Positions 39,105 to 50,037 of a stretch of DNA of 64,000 nt are shown here, in pieces (positions within the stretch are counted from its first letter, which is position 1; each line of letters begins with the position of its first letter). Below the pieces are notes generated by a model. It had not been told where the DNA came from. It saw nothing but the letters and a program-made list of their open reading frames with translations, and searched no databases. A program made the position numbers and the translations under genes. This DNA is from Candidatus Latescibacterota bacterium (GTDB lineage: Bacteria; Latescibacterota; UBA2968; GCA-2709665): NCBI GenBank assembly GCA_965222075.1, contig OZ244937.1, forward strand, positions 192,001 through 256,000, given 5' to 3'.

Positions 39105-41363
39105 ATGGTGCGACAACCGACCCCCAAGCGCGTCAGCATAACGATCCGACCAGTGCCTGGGAACGAGCCCGACACCCTCGATGTTGCCTTCCGGGGAGTG
39201 GACGGATCCCAGGCGCGTGGTCCTGAATTGACCTTGCCCGCAGGCAAAGTAGGGTCCTGGGAGATCACCGCTACTGCGGCCGATACAGTTGCTGCCGGCG
39301 GCGGTTTCCTCTTCCAGCGATACACCTTTCTGTTCTCCCACCGCATCCAGGACTATAACCCTCAGGGCCGCGACTTTGTGACGCTGGAGAGCCACGCCGA
39401 CGCTGAGCTGCGTCTGATTGTCAACTCGGCCAGGCAGTCGCACTTCCCGAGCTTCGCCCAGGTCCTGGTCGAGAAGGGAGAAATGAAGTCCGGGGACAGC
39501 TTCGTCATCCGGATCGGGGACCGCAGTCAGGGCGGTCTGGGCAGTGAGGTCTACGACGTGACGACGCTGGGCAGGATCGAGGGGTCTGTGGACCGGGACG
39601 GGGGCGGAACATACCGGCAACTGGCGTGCAACCCGGCCAGGATCCTGATTACTTCGGACCCCCGGGTGGCGCTGCTGCGGGTGCTGGGGCCGTCCATCGT
39701 ACCGCCCGGTGAACGGTTTGCTCTGCACCTCGTCGCTTTCGATGCCCATCACAACGCCTGCGAGCAGTACGAGGGCGAGGTGAAGCTCTCTGCGGAGGAA
39801 GGCTTGTTTGAGGGGCTCCCGGCCTCGGTCTCCTTCGGCCGGAAGGACAGGGGGATTCTGATCCTGGAAGGGATTCGGATCGGGGAGCCGGGATGCTTTC
39901 GCCTGACCGCGACCGACGCGGAGCACCACCTTCAGGCCCTGAGCAATCCCATCCTCTGTCAGGAGAACTCCGAGCGCCTGCTGCTGTGGGGCGAATTCCA
40001 CTGCCATACCTACGGTGACGCCGTGATGGGGCTCATAGACGACCCCAATTTCAAGCTCCATCCCGCCGGGCGTCACGAGCAGGGGCGCCGCATCGGGCGC
40101 TACGATTTCCTGGCCCCCGGTCCGATGGCCCCGCAGGACCCCTCCGAGCGACCGGAAATCTGGGAGGATCACCAGCAGGCCTATCGTGAAAACGACGAGC
40201 CCGGCCGGTATGTCCCGTTTCTGGCGTCGGAGGTCCACACCAGGCCGGGGGGTGACCGAAACATGGTCTTCCGAGATTGGTCGGACAGCTATTACTCACC
40301 CGCACACGGCAACTGCCGCATGGACGATGTGATGGCGGCCTACGCGAACCGTGAGGATGTGATCTTAGAGGCCCACATCGGCGGGGGTCCACCCGATTGG
40401 GAGGCATACAAAACCGAACACGAACCCCTGCTCGAGATCGCCAGCGGCCACGGCAGTTTTGAATGGGTGCTCCAGCGAGCCCTCAACCACGGATATCGCC
40501 CCGCCATCATCGGGTCTGGAGACACCCACCTGCCCACCGCCGGGTCACCCATGGCCGCCCACAGTTTCAGAGGCCGGTTCAATAAAGAGCTGAACTTACG
40601 GGACACCGGCTTCGGGAGTGGCCCGGCGGCCGCCGTTTTGGCGGAGCGGTGCGAGCGGAACGCCATCTGGAAGGCGGTCCGGGAGCGGCGCACATATGCC
40701 ACCACCGGTGCCCGCATCATCCTCAACGTGACCGTCAACGGACACCGCAGTGGAAGCGAAATCGACCTCACCGGCCCTGCCAAGATCGCCGTCAAAGCCC
40801 ACGCCTGCGCACCCGTCGAACGGGTCGACCTCATCCGCAACGACCGCTGTCTGCACTCCTGGTATCCCGAGGCGCTCGATATCAACCTTACCCACGTCGA
40901 TGAGAAGCCGCTGCGCGGCGGGGCGTACTATGTGCGCCTCCGTCAGACCGACGGGGAATACGCCTGGAGCACGCCGGTGTGGACGCACTGTTCTGGGGGG
41001 GCCGAGACTCCCGACGACACCCTGCCGCTGTGGAACGCCCACGAGGCCGTGGACCTGTCCGGACTGCGTCCCAACGCAGCGGAGGCTCACGAGGCGGCGC
41101 TTCGCCGGTATCTGGAGGTGGAGGAGGATATCGGACAGTTTCACGACATTACGCCGGTGGGGATCGTGGAGGAGGTGCCGGGGAGGTCCGCGCTGTTTTA
41201 CGGGTATTTCGGCCCCGGTCGGGATCTGGTCAGCATCCGGTGGTATTTTGAGTTTGACATGCCCAGAATCCACCTGGACTGGGGCTGGCGGGACTTCGGG
41301 CTGCGACCTACAGGGGGTGGCGGGCGGCCCTCCTCTCACAGGACGAAGACAGGGCGCCATTAA
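39105..41363 (+). CDS. DUF3604-like / PHP-fold metallohydrolase, paralogue 3
   Basis: WGEFHCH, GSGDTH, RRTYATTGARI. AAGGAGG RBS before ATG 39105 / GTG 39108. Confidence 0.8.
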   Translation: MVRQPTPKRVSITIRPVPGNEPDTLDVAFRGVDGSQARGPELTLPAGKVGSWEITATAADTVAAGGGFLFQRYTFLFSHRIQDYNPQGRDFVTLESHADAELRLIVNSARQSHFPSFAQVLVEKGEMKSGDSFVIRIGDRSQGGLGSEVYDVTTLGRIEGSVDRDGGGTYRQLACNPARILITSDPRVALLRVLGPSIVPPGERFALHLVAFDAHHNACEQYEGEVKLSAEEGLFEGLPASVSFGRKDRGILILEGIRIGEPGCFRLTATDAEHHLQALSNPILCQENSERLLLWGEFHCHTYGDAVMGLIDDPNFKLHPAGRHEQGRRIGRYDFLAPGPMAPQDPSERPEIWEDHQQAYRENDEPGRYVPFLASEVHTRPGGDRNMVFRDWSDSYYSPAHGNCRMDDVMAAYANREDVILEAHIGGGPPDWEAYKTEHEPLLEIASGHGSFEWVLQRALNHGYRPAIIGSGDTHLPTAGSPMAAHSFRGRFNKELNLRDTGFGSGPAAAVLAERCERNAIWKAVRERRTYATTGARIILNVTVNGHRSGSEIDLTGPAKIAVKAHACAPVERVDLIRNDRCLHSWYPEALDINLTHVDEKPLRGGAYYVRLRQTDGEYAWSTPVWTHCSGGAETPDDTLPLWNAHEAVDLSGLRPNAAEAHEAALRRYLEVEEDIGQFHDITPVGIVEEVPGRSALFYGYFGPGRDLVSIRWYFEFDMPRIHLDWGWRDFGLRPTGGGGRPSSHRTKTGRH

Positions 41364-41410
41364 CGGCCAGTGTGGAGACCATAGTCTGGATCACGAATGG
41401 AGGATAACAG

Positions 41411-42141
41411 ATGGAATATCGATTCATGGGAAAGACGGGCCTGAAGGTCTCCGAGATCTGCTTCGGACCGGGAAACAACAACGTGACGGACGACCGCGAA
41501 GGAATGGAAATGATCTAGGCGGCGTTCGACATGGGCATCATGCTCTACGATACGTCCAACGTCGAGAAAGGCGGCAAGGTAGAGGAGTGGCTCGGGAAGG
41601 TGTTTAACGGCCGGCGGGACGAGGTGTGATTGCGCCGAAGTTCTCCAGAGACGCCACCCGAAAGCATATCGTGCGAGAGTGCGAGAAGAGCCTCAAGCGG
41701 TTAAAGACCGACTGCATCGATATCTACCGGTTCCACTTCTGGCAGCCGACTGTGGCCCTCGAGGAGAGCCTGGAGGCGCTCACGGTGCTGGTGCAGCAGG
41801 GAAAGATCCTCTACACCGGGTGTTGCTCGTTCAAGACCTACCAGATCGCCAACGCCCTGCGCATCTCGGAGCGATACGGCTTCACGAAGCTTGTGGCAAT
41901 CGGTGCGCGCTACTCCCTCCTGGGCCAGGACCCTGTCGCACGGACACGGTATCCGCTCATGGAGGTGCAGGAGTTCGACCTGCTTCCGTTCCTCGAGGAG
42001 GAGCAGCTCGGGTTCATTCCCTTCCGGGTGCTGGCGGGAGGGCTTCTGACGGGCAAATACAAACCGGGCGAGCCAGTCCCGCCGGGCAGCCGGTATGCCG
42101 GCTCAAAGCACACCCCACCCAATATCCCGCTTCCGACATAA
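41411..42141 (+). pseudogene. disrupted aldo/keto reductase (paralogue of 3122..4135)
   Basis: [19 protein letters not shown] start, in-frame TAG at 41516-41518, 1-nt deletion frameshift near 41626, and loss of homology after SRYAGS (about 42105). Confidence 0.9.
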
Positions 42142-42155
42142 GGAGGAGATCTCTC

Positions 42156-43616
42156 GTGTCCAAAAACGATTCCCGGCATCCAAACGTCCTGCTGATCTGT
42201 ACGGACCACTGGAGCGGACTGCTCACGCGGCAGGCGGGGCATCCCGTGGTGATGGCGCCTACCCTGGAGCAGTTCAGCCGCAACGGGGTGACCTTCACCA
42301 ACGCCTATTCCGCAACACCCTCCTGCGTACCGGCGCGGCGTACCCTGATGACAGGAATGACCAACCGTTCACACGGAGGTCGAAACCTTTCCAGCAGGGA
42401 CCCGTTTCCGGACGTCCCCACGATGGCGCAGTGTTTCCGGGACGGCGGGTACCAGGCCTACGCGGTCGGCAAACTGCACGTCTACCCCCAGCGCAACCGG
42501 ATCGGGTTCGACGACGTGATCTTAGACGAGCACGGGCGGCACCACCTGGGCGGCCGGGCGGACGACTACGAACTGTTTCTGATGGACCAGGGATACCCGG
42601 GCAGGGAATACGCACACGGCATGGTCCAGAACGACATGATCACCCGCCCCTGGCACCTGCCCGAACACTGCCACCCCATCAACTGGGCCGTGCGCGAGAT
42701 GTCCCGAACGATCCGCCGGAGAGATCCCCGAAAACCCGGGTTCTGGTACCTCTCCTTTTCGGCCCCGCACCCGCCCAACACCCCGCTGCAGGCGTATCTG
42801 GACCTGTATCGGGACATCGAGATCGACCGTCCCTCCACCGGGAACTGGTCCGCCGATCCGGAACGCCTGCCCTATGCACTCAAGGCGAGAAATGTGAACA
42901 GGAGCGCGCTGGTGGGCGCCTCGTGGCACGAGCAGATGCTGGCCCGTCGCTCCTTTTATGCTGTGATGACGCACGTCGACCACCAGATCCGGCTGATGGT
43001 CGGCATGCTCAGGGAGGAGGGCCTTCTGGACGACACCGTGATCATCTTTACCAGCGACCACGGCCATATGATGGGGGAACACGGCCTCTGGTGCATGTCC
43101 CCGTTTTACGAGATGTCGGCCAAGATCCCGCTGATCATCGTGCCGTCCGCAGGAGATACCCGCTTCCCTATGGGTGCGACAGAAGACCGTCTGGCCGAGT
43201 TCGGAGACATCATGCCCACCCTGCTGGACATCTGCGGCCTGCCGGTCCCCGACACCGTGGAGGGCATCTCCCTCTGGAGCGACCGGCGCCGGGACTACCT
43301 GTTCGGCGAGTTGTTCAAAGGCGAACTCGGGATGCGTATGATCCGCTCCGGGCGCTTCAAGCTGATCTATTACGCCACCGGGAACCACATCCAGTTATTC
43401 GATGTTGAAATCGATCCGAGGGAGACAAACGATCTGTCGGATGATCCCCAGTATGCCGGAGAGCTGGAACGTCTGAAGGGCCTGCTGATCCAGAATCTGT
43501 ACGATGAGGATGAGGAGTGGGTGCAGGACGGAAAACTGGTCGGTCTGCCCGAAAAGGAATTCGTTCCTTCCGACGATCGGGGGCTGGGGAACCAGAGGGG
43601 ACTCCGGTTTCTATAA
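42156..43616 (+). CDS. sulfatase (subfamily B, copy 2)
   Basis: GTG 42156 behind AAGGAGG; PNVLLICTDH, CVPAR, GKLH, APHPP, TSDHG. Confidence 0.93.
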   Translation: MSKNDSRHPNVLLICTDHWSGLLTRQAGHPVVMAPTLEQFSRNGVTFTNAYSATPSCVPARRTLMTGMTNRSHGGRNLSSRDPFPDVPTMAQCFRDGGYQAYAVGKLHVYPQRNRIGFDDVILDEHGRHHLGGRADDYELFLMDQGYPGREYAHGMVQNDMITRPWHLPEHCHPINWAVREMSRTIRRRDPRKPGFWYLSFSAPHPPNTPLQAYLDLYRDIEIDRPSTGNWSADPERLPYALKARNVNRSALVGASWHEQMLARRSFYAVMTHVDHQIRLMVGMLREEGLLDDTVIIFTSDHGHMMGEHGLWCMSPFYEMSAKIPLIIVPSAGDTRFPMGATEDRLAEFGDIMPTLLDICGLPVPDTVEGISLWSDRRRDYLFGELFKGELGMRMIRSGRFKLIYYATGNHIQLFDVEIDPRETNDLSDDPQYAGELERLKGLLIQNLYDEDEEWVQDGKLVGLPEKEFVPSDDRGLGNQRGLRFL

Positions 43617-43710
43617 AGACTCGGTGGCGAGGGTGTTCGGAAGGTGCCCCTGCCCGACCTTTCCGAGACGGGCGTTGGGTTTGGTTTTTGACGAAAGCTC
43701 AATAGGTGTG

Positions 43711-43893
43711 TTGCTCTGCGAAATCTGCTCTCCGGAAGCCGTGGATGCCCGCGCCAAGGCCGACCAGCGCGCGCTCCGTCGGGAACTCAAAGAAAGCGGC
43801 AGACTCGTCGAAGAAATGTGGCGGCGCGCCTACGAGCGGAACCCGGACCGCCCGACCCCCCCGCTCGGAAGAGTTGTCGTAGATTCGTATTGA
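43711..43893 (+). pseudogene. 3' remnant of a subfamily C sulfatase
   Basis: LLCEICSPEAVDARAKADQRALRRELKESG...YERNPD matches the C-termini of 3..623 and 31597..33099. Nothing homologous lies upstream. Confidence 0.88.
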
Positions 43894-44076
43894 TCGACCG
43901 CTATCCGGAGGCCGATCCGAGGAACGTGCTTTCACCCGGCCACTTCCGCGCCTCAGCGGCCTACTGGCATCTCGCCGGCCTCTGCACCGATGCGGGATGC
44001 ACAGATAAGGCTGTAAATTACCGGAAAAAGACGCAGCGCTATGTCGGCACGCACTTCGTCTAATCGAGGAGAAAAA

Positions 44077-44904
44077 ATGCCCCGACCCGATCCGGTATAC
44101 ATCCACTACATCCAGGAGATTACCAAGCTCCACCTCTGCTACGTACATAAGGCCGTCCGGGAAGAGGGCGCCGCGTTCGAAGACGTGGTGAACAAGCGGG
44201 TGAACATCTACCGGAATACGTCCCTCTACGATGGCAAGCGTCACCCGTCGAAGGAAGATGTGGGCCCGGAGTGGCGCGAGATTCTCGATCGGCTGAAGGC
44301 GATCTACGACCGCCACTGGGACGCCTCTTCCACGGCGCAGCTCGAGGAGGAAGGACTGGAATTCCTCTGGCCCTACCTGGACGCCCGCATCCGGCAGGAG
44401 GGCGACCCGATGGACCAACTGCGGCAGACCGATCGTCCCTACGAGTGCTGGTCTCAGGACTACAGAGTGGATCGGAACAACACCCATATCGACAATCTCT
44501 ACCGACCCAAGTCGCCGTTGAGCGAGATGGTTGTCCCGTTTGCGGCCTCCTTGATCCGATTGCTGCGCGACTCGCAGGCGCAGCGGCCTGAGATCAAAAT
44601 CGTCCGCTGCGGGACCTGGATGAATTCGGTGCCCCCGTTCCAGAGCCTACTTCCAAAAAGCTGGATGGAAAACGCCGAAGAGAGACCGGAGATCGGCTAC
44701 TCCTACGGACACTGGGGGCAGTTCCAGGACCGGAAGGGTGACTTCCACGCGCACAACGGGGCTCGGTTCCGGGAAACGGGGAAACTGCCCTATCCCAGTC
44801 TGAGCTGTGAGTGCCCGATCGAGGAGGCCCTGGACCACCTGCACACCCACTTTCCGGAGGCCGTGGCCTACAACGAAAAGAGGGGATATAAGCCCGGTGT
44901 ATAA
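44077..44904 (+). CDS. hypothetical protein
   Basis: Clean ORF with GAGGAG RBS and natural composition (CGTWMN, GHWGQF). No family recognised. Confidence 0.75.
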   Translation: MPRPDPVYIHYIQEITKLHLCYVHKAVREEGAAFEDVVNKRVNIYRNTSLYDGKRHPSKEDVGPEWREILDRLKAIYDRHWDASSTAQLEEEGLEFLWPYLDARIRQEGDPMDQLRQTDRPYECWSQDYRVDRNNTHIDNLYRPKSPLSEMVVPFAASLIRLLRDSQAQRPEIKIVRCGTWMNSVPPFQSLLPKSWMENAEERPEIGYSYGHWGQFQDRKGDFHAHNGARFRETGKLPYPSLSCECPIEEALDHLHTHFPEAVAYNEKRGYKPGV

Positions 44905-44948
44905 GAGTCCATACGGAAATTCGCTCTGACGGCCCGAGAGCGAGCGAA

Positions 44949-45026
44949 AAGGCCGTGGGCAAGGCGCGCGAAGCAGGCGTATCCCCGTAGATACGCCGAT
45001 GCAGCGCGACGCAGCCCACGGGCCTT
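44949..45026. repeat. long imperfect hairpin (REP/MITE-like element)
   Basis: Nested pairings AAGGCC-GTGGGC/GCCCAC-GGGCCTT, CGCGC/GCGCG and GGCGTATC-cccgta-GATACGCC. Confidence 0.7.
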
Positions 45027-45116
45027 GCCCCATCACCTGCTGCTACGCACACTCGCAGCCCCCGCTCTAGAAGATGAGACCACCGATACTCAGCCAGAAG
45101 GAGAGGAGAGACGAAT

Positions 45117-45962
45117 ATGAACGAGTACGAAAAGTACCTTTTTGATCTGAACGGGTACCTGCTCCTGGAGGATGTGCTGAGCCCGGAAGAGGTGGCCGCG
45201 TGCAACGAGGCCATCGACCACAACCTGGGGAGGCTGGAGCAGCGCGAGATTCGGTCCGCGAAGTGGTCGGACTCGCTGAAGGGAAAGGGCCGGAGGGACC
45301 TGCGGGGGATGCTGACCTGGCCCAAACCCTGGTGCCTGTCCTTCCGGGACCTGCTGTCCCATCCACGGATCTTGGACTGCATGCTGGAGTTGCTGGACGA
45401 CGGGTTTCGGGTGGACACCATCTACGGCATTGTGATGGACAAAGGCACGGAGGGGCTTGCGCTCCACGGCGGCGGCATCCGGCGCAACAACCTGATCAAT
45501 TTCTACGAGTTCCTCAACGGCCGGATGTGCTGCGGACTGACGGTGGTCTCCTGGGCGCTGACGGACTGCGGGTCGGGAGACGGGGGATTTATGTGCATTC
45601 CGGGCAGCCACAAGGCGAGCTATCCGTTGCCTGGGGACGCGATGACTATGGAAACCGATCTGGGCGTAGTGAAGCAGGTGCCGATGAAGGCCGGGTCGGT
45701 GGTCATCTTTACCGAGGCCCTGGCCCACGGCACCCTGCCCTGGACGGCAGACCACGAGCGGCGGTCGGTCCTGTTCAAGTACTCGCCCGGCCCCCTGACT
45801 CACGCCCCCTCGGACAGCGCATTTTCGGATACCTGCGATTATCTGCCCCGGGGGATCAAGGACGTGTGGGACGAACTGACGCCCCAGCAGCAGGCCATGC
45901 TGGAACCGCCTTACTACCCCAAACGGCCCAGCATCCGGCTTGCGAACACAACCCAAGGATGA
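45117..45962 (+). CDS. PhyH-family Fe(II)/2OG enzyme, HxG type, copy 2
   Basis: YLFDLNGYL, LHGGG, IPGSHK, EALAHG, ERR. Confidence 0.88.
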   Translation: MNEYEKYLFDLNGYLLLEDVLSPEEVAACNEAIDHNLGRLEQREIRSAKWSDSLKGKGRRDLRGMLTWPKPWCLSFRDLLSHPRILDCMLELLDDGFRVDTIYGIVMDKGTEGLALHGGGIRRNNLINFYEFLNGRMCCGLTVVSWALTDCGSGDGGFMCIPGSHKASYPLPGDAMTMETDLGVVKQVPMKAGSVVIFTEALAHGTLPWTADHERRSVLFKYSPGPLTHAPSDSAFSDTCDYLPRGIKDVWDELTPQQQAMLEPPYYPKRPSIRLANTTQG

Positions 45963-46024
45963 GACCGTTTAGAACATCGTTTATATGCTGAACAACCGTA
46001 GGATAGGAATCGAGGGCAAAACCG

Positions 46025-46885
46025 ATGGAATGGAAATTCGAGCGCGTCGCCGGTCCGTTCAAATTCACCGAAGGCCCCGTCTGGGACGGCACCGCCGTCC
46101 TGTTTACCGACATCCCCAACTGCCGGATTATGCGCTACGACCCGGCAAGCGGGACCTTTGCGGAATACCGCACCGACACAAACGAGGCCAACGGCCTGGC
46201 CCTGGACCGGGAGGGCCGCCTCTACGCCTGTGAGGTGATCGGCCGTCGCATCGCGCGTTACGAACCCGATGGGACCTCTTCTACCGTGGCCGACGCCTAC
46301 GATGGCCGCCGGCTGAACAGCCCGAACGACCTGGTCGTCGATCCGCAGGGACGCATCTGGTTTACAGATCCTCGGTACAGGACGACGATGCCGCCCATGG
46401 AACTCGACCACGAATCGGTATACCGGCTCGATCCACAGCCGGACGGATTCTGGACGGTTGTGCGGATGACCTACGACACCACGCGACCCAACGGTTTGAT
46501 CGTCACACCCGACATGAAGACGCTCTATGTGGCCCAGAGCGAAAACCGGCCGGAGGGGCCGAGGGAACTGCGGGCCTATCCGATTCTGGAAGGCGGAACG
46601 CTGGATGAATACGACGTGCTGCACGATTTCGGGTCCCACCGGGCAATCGACGGCATGACCCTCGATGAGGATGGGAACATCGTGGCAACCGCTGGCTCGG
46701 AACAGAGCGGCCCAGGGTCCATGGTCTACGTGTTTGCCCCGTCGGGGCGCGTGCTGGAGACCCATCCCACCCCCGCCTCGCCCACAAACTGCACGTTTGG
46801 AGACGGGGACCTGCAGACCCTCTACGTCACCGCAACCGACGGGTGCCTCTACCGGGCGCGCACCGGCCGCCGCGGCCTCTCCTAA
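46025..46885 (+). CDS. SMP-30/gluconolactonase/LRE family protein
   Basis: FTEGPVW, NGLALD, LNSPNDL, IWFTDP, PNGL, DGM, TNCTFG. Confidence 0.93.
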   Translation: MEWKFERVAGPFKFTEGPVWDGTAVLFTDIPNCRIMRYDPASGTFAEYRTDTNEANGLALDREGRLYACEVIGRRIARYEPDGTSSTVADAYDGRRLNSPNDLVVDPQGRIWFTDPRYRTTMPPMELDHESVYRLDPQPDGFWTVVRMTYDTTRPNGLIVTPDMKTLYVAQSENRPEGPRELRAYPILEGGTLDEYDVLHDFGSHRAIDGMTLDEDGNIVATAGSEQSGPGSMVYVFAPSGRVLETHPTPASPTNCTFGDGDLQTLYVTATDGCLYRARTGRRGLS

Positions 46886-47091
46886 GTGTTTGTGATTCCC
46901 GACAGGCTGCAATCGAGGTAGAGCACGAGGATTCGGATTATGAAGTGGAGTTGAGACTTAACTGTGTAGCAAGAGAGGTATAGGAATTCCTATCGCGTCG
47001 GCAGCTTTGGCTCTGGTATTGCCTCAAGTATTCGGAGTCATAGATTTTCGAGGCTGAAAGAGCGTTTTTAGAGAGGGAAAGGAGGAATAAA

Positions 47092-48078
<987 letters not shown>

Positions 48079-48126
48079 CCGGGAAGGACAGGGTACTCTC
48101 GCGCGCATCCAGCACGGTTTTCCACT

Positions 48127-49068
48127 TTGCCGGAGAAGGCCAGAGATATCTGGAGGAAGAAACACCCCGATACCGATTACAACCAGGCCGGAGGCATGTT
48201 TGTCGCCGAGCTGCGAAAGGCGATCCCGGGGCGTCCCATTATGACCCTGATGGCCTACCGCGACGGCGGCTATTACCCCCACATCGACTACGACCTGGAG
48301 GAGAGTTACGGGACCGCGCGCATTTACTGGGGCGGGGATGAGCTGGAGATGAAGATCTACATAGACATGAAAGACGCCCCCAGAAACGCACTGCAGGATG
48401 TGTTTGCCCACCTGCGGGCTGATGTCCATCTGGAGGACGAGGGGCTTCAGCGGGCCCGGGAGACCTTCTTCCGCCCATGGGACGGGCGGAGTGGCTACAA
48501 GGAGCACGACAAGCTACGCCGCGAGGCAGAAAGGCGCCATCCCCACGTGAAGGGCATCGACCTCAACTACCTCCACCCCTGGTACGTAGCCACCGGGGCC
48601 ACGAAGGAACTTGGTGGGGAGGTCTATCCGGTCTACACGACGAGGATCAATCGACCGGCCATCTTCTACGGATACGCATTGTCCAGGCTGAGCGATCGTA
48701 TCCCTTCAACCTCCGAAATCCGCTCACCTGCCAGGGTGCGGGACGGCATCTTCTTCCTGGACCTGGGCAGGCCCCTGGAAGATGATTACCGGGAGCTGGA
48801 GGACGTGGCCGTGCGTTACTTCGAGAACGGATTCGTGGTGGTAACCCGGGGCAACGGGGTCGTCCGCTTCCGGCCGGACGAAGAGATGATACCGGAAGGG
48901 ACAAGCGGCCTATGGGACGCATACGAGGGAGTCCCGGCATGGGAGTGGGAACTGCAGAAGGCCGTCAGTATCCACCCGGACTTTTTCCCGGCCGTAGACA
49001 CCTACCGGCCCAGCGGGCGGGTTTATGCTTACCGAGGGAATCAGAACTATAACAGCCCTAAGAGATAA
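48127..49068 (+). CDS. hypothetical protein, probably 5'-truncated
   Basis: 313-codon protein-like ORF (FLDLGRPL...VRYFENGFVVV) with a TTG start and no RBS. It begins abruptly. Confidence 0.5.
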   Translation: MPEKARDIWRKKHPDTDYNQAGGMFVAELRKAIPGRPIMTLMAYRDGGYYPHIDYDLEESYGTARIYWGGDELEMKIYIDMKDAPRNALQDVFAHLRADVHLEDEGLQRARETFFRPWDGRSGYKEHDKLRREAERRHPHVKGIDLNYLHPWYVATGATKELGGEVYPVYTTRINRPAIFYGYALSRLSDRIPSTSEIRSPARVRDGIFFLDLGRPLEDDYRELEDVAVRYFENGFVVVTRGNGVVRFRPDEEMIPEGTSGLWDAYEGVPAWEWELQKAVSIHPDFFPAVDTYRPSGRVYAYRGNQNYNSPKR

Positions 49069-49107
49069 GGTGATGTCCACTTTAAGCTTATTACCAAGGA
49101 GACCAAA

Positions 49108-49959
49108 ATGGATGAGTATGAAAAGTACCTCTTCGACCTCAACGGCTATCTGGTCCTGGAGGACGTGCTTACACCTGGAGAAGTGGCCGCCTGCAACGAG
49201 GCCATTGATCAGAATTCCGACAGCATCAGAAGGAGACCCGATCAGCGGTCCAGGGCAGGCGGTTCGAAAGCGCTTCAGGGTAAGATTCGGGGGGATCTCA
49301 TCGGAATGCTCGCCTGGCCCAAACCCTGGTGTGTGCCGTTTCGGGATCTCCTGTCCCATCCCAGAGTCATGGACTGCATGCTCGAGCTACTCGGCGACAG
49401 CTTCCGGCTGGACCATCTTTATGGGATTGTGATGGACAAAGGCACGGAAGGATTCACGCTCCACGGAGGCGGCACCAAGCGGAACAGCTTTGTCCACTTT
49501 TACGGGTTTGTCAACGGACGGATGCGCTCCGGACTCACGGTGGTCTCCTGGGCACTGACCGATTGCGGTCCCGGAGACGGGGGGTTTATGTGCATCCCAG
49601 GCAGCCATAAGTCCAACTACCCGCTGCCCCGGGACATAGCCCGTCTCGAAAAGGACGCTGGGGTGGTCAAACAGGTGCCGGTGAAGGCCGGTTCCGTGAT
49701 CATCTTCACCGAGGCGCTGGCCCACGGCACAATGCCGTGGAAGGCGGACCACGAACGCCGTTCTGTCCTTTACAAGTATACGCCCGGCTCCATTGCCCAG
49801 AACAATCCCGAAGCCTACCGGAATCCGGCGATCACCTCCGATACGAAGAACTACCGGCCTGAAGGTGTCGAGGAGGTGCTGGACGAACTCACCCCGCTTC
49901 AGAGGAAACTAATGGAACGCCCCTACCATCCCAGCCGCCCCAGCCTCACGGCCGTCTAA
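49108..49959 (+). CDS. PhyH-family Fe(II)/2OG enzyme, HxG type, copy 3
   Basis: YLFDLNGYL, FTLHGGGTKRNSF (same as copy 1), EALAHG, ERR. Confidence 0.88.
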   Translation: MDEYEKYLFDLNGYLVLEDVLTPGEVAACNEAIDQNSDSIRRRPDQRSRAGGSKALQGKIRGDLIGMLAWPKPWCVPFRDLLSHPRVMDCMLELLGDSFRLDHLYGIVMDKGTEGFTLHGGGTKRNSFVHFYGFVNGRMRSGLTVVSWALTDCGPGDGGFMCIPGSHKSNYPLPRDIARLEKDAGVVKQVPVKAGSVIIFTEALAHGTMPWKADHERRSVLYKYTPGSIAQNNPEAYRNPAITSDTKNYRPEGVEEVLDELTPLQRKLMERPYHPSRPSLTAV

Positions 49960-50037
49960 TCGTTTTCCGGTAAGGTCGGAAATCCCAAACGCGAAACGAC
50001 CAACTCTCCAAGCCATCACACCTGGAGGGATGCGGAA

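Noticed and set aside
41516-41518. In-frame TAG in the AKR gene as possible pyrrolysine or read-through
   Set aside because: The same gene also has a frameshift near 41626 and a 3' truncation, so ordinary pseudogenisation explains it.
41679-42155. Apparent 159-aa N-terminal extension of sulfatase B2
   Set aside because: It is an off-frame reading of the AKR pseudogene. Paralogue alignment and AAGGAGG place the start at GTG 42156.
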